DNA of 64,000 bases from an uncultured Patescibacteria group bacterium. Lineage in GTDB: Bacteria; Patescibacteriota; Microgenomatia; UBA10105; UBA927. The position numbers and the translations under genes are program-made. Under the pieces are notes generated by a model, which was given only the letters and a program-made list of their open reading frames with translations, searched no databases and was not told the origin of the DNA. Of the stretch, positions 48,738-57,565 are shown piece after piece (position 1 is the stretch's first letter; the number at the start of each line of letters is the position of its first letter). Location of the stretch: assembly GCA_937921305.1 (NCBI GenBank), contig CAKZSU010000006.1:1089-65088 (forward strand). The letters are read 5' to 3'.

Positions 48738-49907
48738 CTATGGAAAAAATCTTCTACCATTATTAGCGTAGCTCAAAAACAATACAAACATAACGGAACA
48801 CACTATCAAAGCGACAAATGCATCAAAGAATCGTTGAGGATATATTGCCTGATCACCGATGCCAAAGTATAAAAAAGGAATATACTTAAAAAGAAGAATA
48901 AATCCGACGATACCGATCGTCCAAAATAAACGAGACAGAGGAAGTAACGAAGCAAACGAAAGCATCCATAACCAATACCACGGCAAAAATTCTCTTCTCG
49001 TCAATACCAACAACGACGCAAGAGACATCAATGCAACTGCTTTCTTCGATGACCAACCGATAATAAATAAAGGGAGAAGAATAATAGTCATAAACTTTGT
49101 CGCCACAGACAATGAATAAAAGAGCAACGATGATAAAACATGTCGCTTTAACCACAAAAAATATGAAAGCAACGCAAACATCATCATGACAATGTCATTG
49201 TGTCCACTTACTAATACTTCAATAATCACCAACGGATGAAATGCAAACGAAGCCATCCCGATCAATCGATAAGTATTTTTCGTGATTGTCAGTATCTTGC
49301 CAATCATCCAAATCAAACCGATATATGAACCAATCTGAATAATTTTCATCGTCCACAACAAAAAAAGCATTTTCTCAAAACTCAACAGGTACTGAACTAT
49401 GCTTAAAAAAATCCAGAACGGCGTATACGGACTGTTCACATGCGTCCACCGCATAAATGAAAGCATCGCGTCAATACCTCGAAACGCCAACGGTTTTACT
49501 TCAAATGGGTTAACCCCATACACAAGAATCATCCGTGGATAAAAGATATAATTGAAAATATCGTACGAAAACGCGGCAGAATAAGAACATAAAAGAATAC
49601 CAGCCATGGCGAATACTATACACCACAGATGACGTTCAAAAATCATTCGCTTCCACAACGCAAATAACACACTTCCATACAATCCCATCATGGAAAGTAA
49701 TACCGAGATATATATCCCTGTCGCCAACGGACGTTGATAAAATCCGACATATTGAAATTCTTTCTGAATCGTTTGAACAATCGTTTCTTCAGAAAGCGTT
49801 AAACTCAAATCAATTTGCGTGTAACTGAAAAAAAATAACGCAAGAGCGTTTATAATCGAGAACAATAAAAGAAATAAGAAGACAAATCGTTGACGACGCG
49901 CATTCAT
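48738..49907 (-). CDS. MptA/MptB-like (GT-C) transferase, paralogue of 11973-13067
   Basis: FSYDIFNY, NPF, SPYTPFW, FHPLV, SGHND, LPWY. Confidence 0.72.
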   Translation of the reverse strand: MNARRQRFVFLFLLLFSIINALALFFFSYTQIDLSLTLSEETIVQTIQKEFQYVGFYQRPLATGIYISVLLSMMGLYGSVLFALWKRMIFERHLWCIVFAMAGILLCSYSAAFSYDIFNYIFYPRMILVYGVNPFEVKPLAFRGIDAMLSFMRWTHVNSPYTPFWIFLSIVQYLLSFEKMLFLLWTMKIIQIGSYIGLIWMIGKILTITKNTYRLIGMASFAFHPLVIIEVLVSGHNDIVMMMFALLSYFLWLKRHVLSSLLFYSLSVATKFMTIILLPLFIIGWSSKKAVALMSLASLLVLTRREFLPWYWLWMLSFASLLPLSRLFWTIGIVGFILLFKYIPFLYFGIGDQAIYPQRFFDAFVALIVCSVMFVLFLSYANNGRRFFP

Positions 49908-49909
49908 GC

Positions 49910-50662
49910 TTATTTATACAACCCTCGCCATGCGTTAAGCCGAATTGCAATAATATCCATAATCCCCTGAAGAGAGTCTTTGATGGGATTGACTCGCCTT
50001 GTCTCAACATAATGCCATTCTACCGGAACTTCCTTTATCTTGTATCCTTTTCTCTTTGCAACAAACAGAATTTCAATATCAAAACCAGCCGTAACCATCG
50101 CGCCGGAGACTTCGTGCCCTTTCCCATATCGCTTTAATGAACGGAATACATCATACGCGACTTCGCGACGAAACGCCTTAAATCCACACTGCGTATCAAT
50201 AATCCCGTGCAATCCAAGAATAATGCTTCGCAACGCCATAAAGCCTCGAGCCATAATCTTTCGTGACAATGGCGCTCCATGACGCTCACCACTTCTTGAG
50301 CCGATAACAACATCGTACCCTTTACCGAAAAATGGAAGCAATTTCCGAATCTCATGAAGCGGCGTTGCCTGATCAAGATCGGAAAATAATACGATATTCC
50401 CTTTTGCCGCAAGCATACCAGTAATAACTGTTGCCGCTTTTCCTTGATGAGGATTAAATATCGCCTGAAATCCTTTGTTTTGATCAACAAAATCGGCAAG
50501 CAACCGTTTTGTCATATCTGTCGATCCATCGTCAACAATAATCACTTCCCATGAAAAGAAAACATGCTGAAGATATCGAACAACCTTATCCAACGTACCT
50601 AATCGTATATTTGTTTCTTCATTGTACGCTGGAATAACAATAGAGATATCACATGGTTTCAT
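49910..50662 (-). CDS. GT2, polyprenol-phosphate glycosyltransferase (ALG5/DPG-synthase-like)
   Basis: IPAYNEE, VDDGSTD, HQGK, FSDLDQATP, DTQCGFKAF, GFDIEIL. Confidence 0.92.
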   Translation of the reverse strand: MKPCDISIVIPAYNEETNIRLGTLDKVVRYLQHVFFSWEVIIVDDGSTDMTKRLLADFVDQNKGFQAIFNPHQGKAATVITGMLAAKGNIVLFSDLDQATPLHEIRKLLPFFGKGYDVVIGSRSGERHGAPLSRKIMARGFMALRSIILGLHGIIDTQCGFKAFRREVAYDVFRSLKRYGKGHEVSGAMVTAGFDIEILFVAKRKGYKIKEVPVEWHYVETRRVNPIKDSLQGIMDIIAIRLNAWRGLYK

Positions 50663-52218
50663 TCTTCTCCTTTGTAATGAACGAGCTTAAATAATTTTAC
50701 TGGAAAGACATCCTTTTCTTCGACAATTTCCGCTCTTCCAAACCCAGCAACCTCCCAGCTAGCATGCCCTAATGGCTGACATGATGGATTTTCACAGATA
50801 ACAATAAGCTGATCGGTCACAGTTGTTCGTTCTGGATCTACGGACGGTTGTTGAATAACAATCGGCGATCTTCCCCATATTTCAAAGAAATATCGATATG
50901 CATGATCGGAGTTTGTCGCCGTGATTAATGCAAAATTAAATGGTTTTCCTTCCGAGAGATCCAACGCCGCCTTCGCGATTCGTTTTGTTTGCTCCAATTG
51001 ATTATTCGGAGGGTACATAAATGGTCTTCCCTGCCAATTATAGTAAAACAGTCCGCCCCATACGAACAAGCCAATCGCAATTCCCGCTTTTGTTTTCATA
51101 AGTTGCCAAAGAACAATGCCCACCGCAATAAACGGAAACGCAAAAAAAATGCCGAAGTAATAATCATAAATACTTCGCTGATAAAATCCAAACGACAAAA
51201 TAGACCATAAAAACCATCCAGATAATAACATTGCTCCCAACCATTGCTTACGCGTCAGTATATTTTGCGAAGATTTCCGAATAAAACGAATACTCATATA
51301 GACCACAACACCAATTGAAATATAGAGCGTCGTACGTATCAATATGACTAAAAGATTGATATACCAATCAGAATATCCATTCCACACTTCATATTGAGGC
51401 ATGCGAAACAACAACCGTCCATAAGAACGAAACGTAACATCATGAACAATCTCGATGAATTTTCCTGGAACAAACACTGTTTCATTTCCTCCCAGAAAAA
51501 AATTGATAAGCGCTGTTGTATTGGGAAACGAATGGCGAAATTCAAACGCCACAAACGGGGAAAGCATAAGAAAAAATCCACAACACCACACCGCAATATG
51601 CTTAAAAAGCGACCTTATTGAAGAAACAATAAGAATCAATAAAGAAAACGCGATGAGTATTGAATATAAATAATGAAATTGGATACCCATCCCAGACACC
51701 ACCCCAATAAAAAAAACAAGGATTGTCTTCTTCTGAACAATGAATCTCCATAAAAGGTAGAGAAGAAGCAAGGAAAAAAAAGGCACAAGGTTAGGATTCC
51801 ACGATGATCGAGCATACGCGATCACCAAGGGAGAAACAGCATATAAACTCGCTCCAACAAGCCCGACAACAGGATGAAACATTGTGCTTCCCACATGAAA
51901 GACTAAATAAATTGTCGCAATTCCGAATAACGCGACCATAATCGCGGGACCAACTGGATCAAGATTCCACAACCAAAGAAACGGCGCCATGAAGTAGTAA
52001 TACAATGGTCCAAGAAAGAATCCGCCGACCGACGCTGTTGGCCCAAGAAAGACCATGTCTCTATCAACGATCATCCGTTTCACAATTAATACATCTCTTC
52101 CTTCATCGCCTAAAAACGTTAAATACTCATGAATACGATGTAATCGAAGATATGCGCCAAGGAGCATAATTATTGTTATGCAAGAAATCAGAAGATGCTT
52201 TAAAGAACTACAATTCAT
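50659..52218 (-). CDS. ArnT/PMT-like GT-C membrane glycosyltransferase
   Basis: Start refined to MNCSSLK; FLGDEGRD, LGP...GPLYYY, SSWNPN, QFHY, YRYFF. Confidence 0.83.
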   Translation of the reverse strand: MNCSSLKHLLISCITIIMLLGAYLRLHRIHEYLTFLGDEGRDVLIVKRMIVDRDMVFLGPTASVGGFFLGPLYYYFMAPFLWLWNLDPVGPAIMVALFGIATIYLVFHVGSTMFHPVVGLVGASLYAVSPLVIAYARSSWNPNLVPFFSLLLLYLLWRFIVQKKTILVFFIGVVSGMGIQFHYLYSILIAFSLLILIVSSIRSLFKHIAVWCCGFFLMLSPFVAFEFRHSFPNTTALINFFLGGNETVFVPGKFIEIVHDVTFRSYGRLLFRMPQYEVWNGYSDWYINLLVILIRTTLYISIGVVVYMSIRFIRKSSQNILTRKQWLGAMLLSGWFLWSILSFGFYQRSIYDYYFGIFFAFPFIAVGIVLWQLMKTKAGIAIGLFVWGGLFYYNWQGRPFMYPPNNQLEQTKRIAKAALDLSEGKPFNFALITATNSDHAYRYFFEIWGRSPIVIQQPSVDPERTTVTDQLIVICENPSCQPLGHASWEVAGFGRAEIVEEKDVFPVKLFKLVHYKGEE

Positions 52219-52224
52219 GAGTGT

Positions 52225-52230
52225 AGTATA
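52225..52230 (-). promoter_or_regulatory. -10 element TATACT 6 nt before the ATG at 52218; probable leaderless promoter
   Basis: Minus strand reads TATACT-acactc-ATG. Confidence 0.45.
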
Positions 52231-52232
52231 CC

Positions 52233-53357
52233 TTACACCAATCTCTTTTTTCTCCAAATAACTTTTGAATACATCGCATAGTTATAAAACAACCCTATCC
52301 CAACGCCAATGATGTAGAACAATCGATACCACGAAACGCCAAAGAGATGCGTTCCAATAAACACTGAACTTCCTTGAATGAGGATTGCGCCAAGCGCAGA
52401 AAGATTAAACTGGAAAAATTTTATTAAATACCTTCCGTGCTGAATTTTTCTATCGCGAAATGTCCACGCGTTATTGAAAATAAAATTCGAAATAATCGCA
52501 CATTCAGCGCCAATAACGCTTCCAATACTTGGGTGCAATCCAATAAGATGAACTGCAATCTCCAAAACAATCGTATTGATGATAAATCCAAAACCGCCTA
52601 CAACAAGAAACTTTTTAAAGTTTCCATAACGAAGCCAAATAAGACGCTGACGAAATACATATGCAAACACATCTCTGATATATTCAGACGGAGCTATCTT
52701 CGAATGACCAAATTTTCTATCAACAAATCGTATTGGAATTTCTTTAATTCTTGCTCCTGCTAACACTGCGTTGTGCAAAAACGCGATTTGAAACACATAA
52801 CCGGAATATTTTGCTACCTTTTGTTTATTTAATTCATAATATTTTTTATAAAATGCACGATACCCTCCTGTCCAATCATGCAAATATGAACATCCAAGAC
52901 CAAATCGAACAAACATATTACCAACCACGCTAAATATTTTTCTATGAATGCCCCAATCAGAAGGAATCGCGCCTCCCGGAATATATCTGCTTCCCACAGC
53001 TATATCATATCCATCATCCAATGCTTGAATAAACGAGGGAAGCACTGCTGGATCGTGTGAAAGATCAGCATCCATCTGTACAATAATATCTGCGCCCAGT
53101 TTCTCTACCGCATAGGTCATTCCTCGCAACAACGCCTTCCCTAATCCTTGTTTTTCCCCTATGAGAAGATGAACATCGTTATGCGTCTTCGCGTATTCTT
53201 TTACTGCGTCAGCCGTGCCATCGGGAGATGTATCATCAACCACAAGATAAGAACATGAATGATGAGGAAAAGAGGAGAACGCTTCCCGCGCTTTTTCCAA
53301 CAAAACGAGAATCGTATCCCGCTCATTATATGTGGGGAGAATAAGAACGACATTCAT
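52233..53357 (-). CDS. Polyprenol-phosphate mannose synthase-like GT2 fused to a C-terminal GtrA flippase domain
   Basis: LPTYNE, DDTSPDGT, QMDADLSHDP, GSRYIPGG, GYVFQ, FVDRKFGHSK; then KFLVVGGFG...NFIFNNAWTF...NY..SKVIW (GtrA). Confidence 0.9.
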   Translation of the reverse strand: MNVVLILPTYNERDTILVLLEKAREAFSSFPHHSCSYLVVDDTSPDGTADAVKEYAKTHNDVHLLIGEKQGLGKALLRGMTYAVEKLGADIIVQMDADLSHDPAVLPSFIQALDDGYDIAVGSRYIPGGAIPSDWGIHRKIFSVVGNMFVRFGLGCSYLHDWTGGYRAFYKKYYELNKQKVAKYSGYVFQIAFLHNAVLAGARIKEIPIRFVDRKFGHSKIAPSEYIRDVFAYVFRQRLIWLRYGNFKKFLVVGGFGFIINTIVLEIAVHLIGLHPSIGSVIGAECAIISNFIFNNAWTFRDRKIQHGRYLIKFFQFNLSALGAILIQGSSVFIGTHLFGVSWYRLFYIIGVGIGLFYNYAMYSKVIWRKKRLV

Positions 53358-53390
53358 ACGAAGAGCGGGTAAACCGCATAAATCATTCTG

Positions 53391-54350
53391 CTATACATGC
53401 TCCCGCCAATAATTCAAAAGATCAGCCATGGTTTGTTCAAGCGGGATCATTGGTTGCCATCCTGTTTTCTGAACAAACTTTGTATTGTCTCCGATCAAGA
53501 CAGGAACATCCGACGGTCTCATCCTTGCCGGATCTTCTTTTATCTCTACCTTAACTTTACTCATACCAAGAAGCATCGTGAGGACATCTCCAATCCTCTC
53601 TGCTCTTCCTGTGCAAATGTTATAAACCTCTCCGGGGTCACAGTGCTCGACAGCGAGAAGATATCCCTTTACCATGTCGCGAACATCGGTATAATCCCGT
53701 TTTGCGTCAAGATTCCCCACATAAATCACCGGATCTTGTTTCTTTTTCTCTATCAGCGCAATCTGTTTCGCGAAGTTTGATTCAGCGAATGTGTCTCCTC
53801 GTCGAGGACCGGTATGATTAAATCCTCTTGTCCGCACAATTTTCAAACCATACGACTGATAATATTGATACCCTAAATAGTCCATTGCAACTTTTGAAAC
53901 AGCGTATGGAGAAAGCGGACGAAGCGGATTCGTTTCTTTTATTGGAAGCTCATTTTCGTACACCATGCCGTACTCTTCCGAGGAACACGCGATTTGAATA
54001 ACGCAATCAAGCTTTGCCCGTTTCACAGCTTCAAATAAATTCGCTGATCCAATAATGTTGACATCAAGCGTTACAGCGGGAGACACCCATGAAGTAGGGA
54101 CAAATGATTGGGCGGCAAGATGAAAGATGACATCAGGCCGAATACGTTCAATAGAGCTGTATAAACTATGCGAATCAAGGAGATCTGCCTCTTCAAGTTT
54201 TAATTTATCTTGAATATGTACAATGTGATCAAGCTTGCTTCGAACGCGAACATAACCGTACACTTCGTATCCTTTCTCTAGCAATAATTCCGCCATATGG
54301 CTTCCAACAAATCCAGCAATACCGGTAATAAGCGCTTTTTTCTTTTCCAT
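53391..54350 (-). CDS. GDP-mannose 4,6-dehydratase / GDP-6-deoxy-4-keto-hexose reductase (RMD)-like SDR
   Basis: ITGIAGFVGSH, HLAAQSFV, CSSEEYG, PLSPYAVSK, FNHTGPRR, GNLDAKRDYTDVRD; strong SD AAGGAGG. Confidence 0.85.
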   Translation of the reverse strand: MEKKKALITGIAGFVGSHMAELLLEKGYEVYGYVRVRSKLDHIVHIQDKLKLEEADLLDSHSLYSSIERIRPDVIFHLAAQSFVPTSWVSPAVTLDVNIIGSANLFEAVKRAKLDCVIQIACSSEEYGMVYENELPIKETNPLRPLSPYAVSKVAMDYLGYQYYQSYGLKIVRTRGFNHTGPRRGDTFAESNFAKQIALIEKKKQDPVIYVGNLDAKRDYTDVRDMVKGYLLAVEHCDPGEVYNICTGRAERIGDVLTMLLGMSKVKVEIKEDPARMRPSDVPVLIGDNTKFVQKTGWQPMIPLEQTMADLLNYWREHV

Positions 54351-54352
54351 AG

Positions 54353-54376
54353 TCCTCCTTCTTATAAATCATTATA
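54353..54376 (-). promoter_or_regulatory. TATAAT -10 element and Shine-Dalgarno AAGGAGGA upstream of the GMD/RMD-like gene
   Basis: Minus strand reads TATAAT (54376-54371) ... AAGGAGGA-ct-ATG. Confidence 0.5.
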
Positions 54377-54390
54377 AACGATATTGTATA

Positions 54391-55689
54391 CTACATCCTT
54401 CCAACGCCATAGTACATATACCCTAACTTTTTAACAAACTCTGGATCATAAATGTTTCGACCGTCAAACAAAACCCGTTGTTTCAATCCTTTTGCAAGGC
54501 GAACAAGATCAAGGTTTCGAAACTCGTTCCACTCAGTAATCACCGCTACCACATCCACATCTTGGCAAGCGGAATACGGATCTTTTGCATAAATGACAGA
54601 AGACGGAAGAACTTTTTTTGCGTTTTCCATTGCTACAGGATCAAAGACGATAATGTCAGCTCCATGATTGAGAAGTTTTTCAATAATCGTGATCGATGGA
54701 GCTTCTCTCATATCGTCGGTGTCTGGCTTAAAAGAAAGACCAAGAATAGCGACTCTTTTTCCATGAATGTTTCCTTCAAAGTGCCTCAATATCTTTTCCA
54801 CGAAATGGTCTCTCATGGAGTGATTGACCTCATCAACCGCCTCAAGAAGACGAAAATCATACCCATGCCCCTTTGAAAGCGCAATCAATGCCTTCACATC
54901 TTTTGGAAAACAACTCCCTCCGTAGCCAACACCAGGATAGAGAAAACTTCTTCCAAGTCGACTATCAAGACCTACCCCCTCTAACACTTTTTCCGCATCC
55001 GCACCAACTCGTTCTGAAAGAACAGCGATCGCATTAGCAAAGGATATTTTTGTTGAAAGAAGCGAATTTGATGCATATTTAATAAGCTCCGCCGTCTCTA
55101 CATTGCATAAGACAAGGTTTGTGTTAATCGGTTTATGGAGATCAATCAACATATCTCTCGCTCGATCCGATGTTGTCCCAATCACGACGCGATCTGGATG
55201 CAATGTATCATGGATAGCGGTGCCTTCGCGAAGAAATTCCGGACACGAAGCAATGGCAAAACTTGCTCCCGGAGGTTTTACTTTTGCAAGAATTTCCCCA
55301 ACTTTCTTGTTGGTTCCCGGAGGCACCGTGCTTTTTGTGACAACCACTTTGTAACCCACTAAATTTTTTCCAATTTTTTCAGCAGCGGCGAAGACATTCG
55401 TCAAATCCGCTTCTCCTGACGGTTTCGGAGGCGTCCCAACGCAAATAAAGATAATTTCAGAAGGGACTACTGCTTCTTTATAATCCAATGTAAATAACAA
55501 TCGCCCCACGTCCACATTTCTCTTTACCAAATCAGATAATCCTGGTTCATAAAATGTCGCTTTTCCCTGCTTTAATATTTCTATTTTCTCTTTTGTTCTT
55601 CCCACAACCCATACAGTGTTGCCAAAATCGGCGAATACCGCGGCGGTAACAAGTCCAACATATCCATGACCAATAAATGCTATTGTCAT
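54391..55689 (-). CDS. ugd: UDP-glucose/GDP-mannose 6-dehydrogenase
   Basis: GHGYVGL, ICVGTP, KSTVPPGT, PEFLREG, AELIKYASN, GYGGSCFPKD, FKPDTDDMREAP, DGRN. Confidence 0.93.
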   Translation of the reverse strand: MTIAFIGHGYVGLVTAAVFADFGNTVWVVGRTKEKIEILKQGKATFYEPGLSDLVKRNVDVGRLLFTLDYKEAVVPSEIIFICVGTPPKPSGEADLTNVFAAAEKIGKNLVGYKVVVTKSTVPPGTNKKVGEILAKVKPPGASFAIASCPEFLREGTAIHDTLHPDRVVIGTTSDRARDMLIDLHKPINTNLVLCNVETAELIKYASNSLLSTKISFANAIAVLSERVGADAEKVLEGVGLDSRLGRSFLYPGVGYGGSCFPKDVKALIALSKGHGYDFRLLEAVDEVNHSMRDHFVEKILRHFEGNIHGKRVAILGLSFKPDTDDMREAPSITIIEKLLNHGADIIVFDPVAMENAKKVLPSSVIYAKDPYSACQDVDVVAVITEWNEFRNLDLVRLAKGLKQRVLFDGRNIYDPEFVKKLGYMYYGVGRM

Positions 55690-56552
55690 ACTATTTCCTT
55701 TTTTATCGTTTTCAAACCTTCTTCGAATGAAATTGCTTGAAAGCCTAGTTTAGTAATTTTAGCATTGGAAATAAGAAGTTGAAAAGCCCTCGGAGCTCTC
55801 CCTTTATAAAACTCCTGAGCCGATGTCTTCTGCACCAAAGAAAAAGAATACCCAAACACTTTTGCGACACTCTGCGCGGCTTCATACGCGCTTATCGCCG
55901 ACGGACCTACCACATGATAGACGCCAAACGAGTTTCGCTCGACGAGAAGACGAATACCCTCCGCAATCGTTTGAAGATGCGTTGGAACAAATATCTGATC
56001 CACGGGCGCCGAAAGAGTCTTTCCTTGTTTTAATACCTGAATCATCCGCTGCACAAAATCAGGACGAGATCCGCAAAGCGCTCCATACGGAAACGAGATA
56101 CGAACAATCAACGCATTTTTCCCAAGCATTCTTACTTCTTTTTCACCCATATATTTTGTCATTGCATACCATCCAATCGGGCTTGGCTTATGTCTTTCAG
56201 TAAACACTTTTTTTCCGCCGGGAAACACAAAATCTGTGGAAAGATAAAGAAGTTTTTTCCTGTACTTTCGGCATGCTTCAACGATATGTCTTGTTCCCAA
56301 AACATTCACTTTCCATGTTGAGCTCTCCTCGCCAAGATCGATCTCTTGTTCCGCTTCATCAACATTTGTTTTTGCCGCAAAATGAAATACCCACGATGCG
56401 TCCGATGAAGCAATATGCCATTGAATATCGTGACGATTTGTGATATCAACGCCTGTTTCTAAACTCAAATTTTCAAAAGTAAAAGAAGGAGAGAGAAATT
56501 GAACAACATATGAACCAACCAATCCTGACAATCCTGTACCTATAATCTTCAT
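55686..56552 (-). CDS. rmlD: dTDP-4-dehydrorhamnose reductase-like SDR
   Basis: GLSGLVG, AAKTNVD, STDFVF, YAMTK..GE, DQ..VPT; adjacent to rmlB and rmlA. Confidence 0.8.
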   Translation of the reverse strand: MKIIGTGLSGLVGSYVVQFLSPSFTFENLSLETGVDITNRHDIQWHIASSDASWVFHFAAKTNVDEAEQEIDLGEESSTWKVNVLGTRHIVEACRKYRKKLLYLSTDFVFPGGKKVFTERHKPSPIGWYAMTKYMGEKEVRMLGKNALIVRISFPYGALCGSRPDFVQRMIQVLKQGKTLSAPVDQIFVPTHLQTIAEGIRLLVERNSFGVYHVVGPSAISAYEAAQSVAKVFGYSFSLVQKTSAQEFYKGRAPRAFQLLISNAKITKLGFQAISFEEGLKTIKKEIV

Positions 56553-57565
56553 AGACTCTTTCCATATTGCTGTTCATAATAGGATCGATATGCACCGCTT
56601 TTCACCCGCTGCCACCACTCTTGATGCTCTTGATACCAACGAATAGTCTCCTTCAACCATGTATCAAAATCATGCAATGGTTCCCAGCCTAATTCGTTTC
56701 GTATTTTTGACCAATCAATCGCATATCGCCGATCGTGTCCTGGACGATCTTTCACAAATTCTATATATGACTCATCTTTTCCCATGTACGCAAGAATTTT
56801 TTTGACAATAGAAAGATTATTGATATCTTCTGTTAATCCGCCGATACAATAGGTTTCTCCGATTTTCCCATGACGCAATACCATATCTATTGCCCGACAA
56901 TGATCTTCCACATACAACCAATCTCGCACATATAACCCATCGCCGTAAATAGGAACCTTTTTCCCTTCCATGAGATTCGTAATCGCTAGCGGAATAAGCT
57001 TCTCTGGAAACTGAAACGGACCATAATTGTTGGAACAATTTGTGATCGTTATCGGCAATCTATAGGTATAAAAATACGCTCGAACAAGATGATCTGACGC
57101 CGCTTTCGTCGCGGAATACGGACTCCTCGGTCTATACGGCGTCTGCTCGGAAAATATTTGCTTTTCAGAAAGATCCAACGATCCAAAGACTTCATCGGTG
57201 GACACATGGTGGAATCGTTGAATTTTCCTTTCTCGAGCTACCTCGAGCAACACATGCGTTCCAACAATATTTGTGCGAACAAACGGAGAAGGATCAAGGA
57301 TAGAACGATCCACATGGCTTTCCGCGGCAAAATGCACAACCACATCGCATCCATCCATCGCACTTCGAACCGCGTTTTTATCGCAAATATCCCCCTTAAT
57401 GAACACATCACAAGGGTTATTCTTTACTTCTTGGAGATTTTCTAAGTTTCCTGCGTATGTCAGCGCGTCAAATGTTACGACCGTATCTTCCGGATAATGC
57501 CGGAGCCAGTAGAGAACAAAATTGGCGCCGATAAATCCAGCGCCCCCCGTGACGAAGAGTTTCAC
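56549..57565 (-). CDS. rmlB: dTDP-glucose 4,6-dehydratase
   Basis: TGGAGFIG, LTYAGN, HFAAESHVDRSI, VSTDEVFG, SPYSATKA, NNYGPFQFPEKLIP, DRPGHDRRY. Confidence 0.97.
   Translation of the reverse strand: MKLFVTGGAGFIGANFVLYWLRHYPEDTVVTFDALTYAGNLENLQEVKNNPCDVFIKGDICDKNAVRSAMDGCDVVVHFAAESHVDRSILDPSPFVRTNIVGTHVLLEVARERKIQRFHHVSTDEVFGSLDLSEKQIFSEQTPYRPRSPYSATKAASDHLVRAYFYTYRLPITITNCSNNYGPFQFPEKLIPLAITNLMEGKKVPIYGDGLYVRDWLYVEDHCRAIDMVLRHGKIGETYCIGGLTEDINNLSIVKKILAYMGKDESYIEFVKDRPGHDRRYAIDWSKIRNELGWEPLHDFDTWLKETIRWYQEHQEWWQRVKSGAYRSYYEQQYGKSL

Noticed and set aside
53365-53377. GCGG-N5-CCGC hairpin as a terminator
   Set aside because: Only a 4-bp stem with no convincing U-tract
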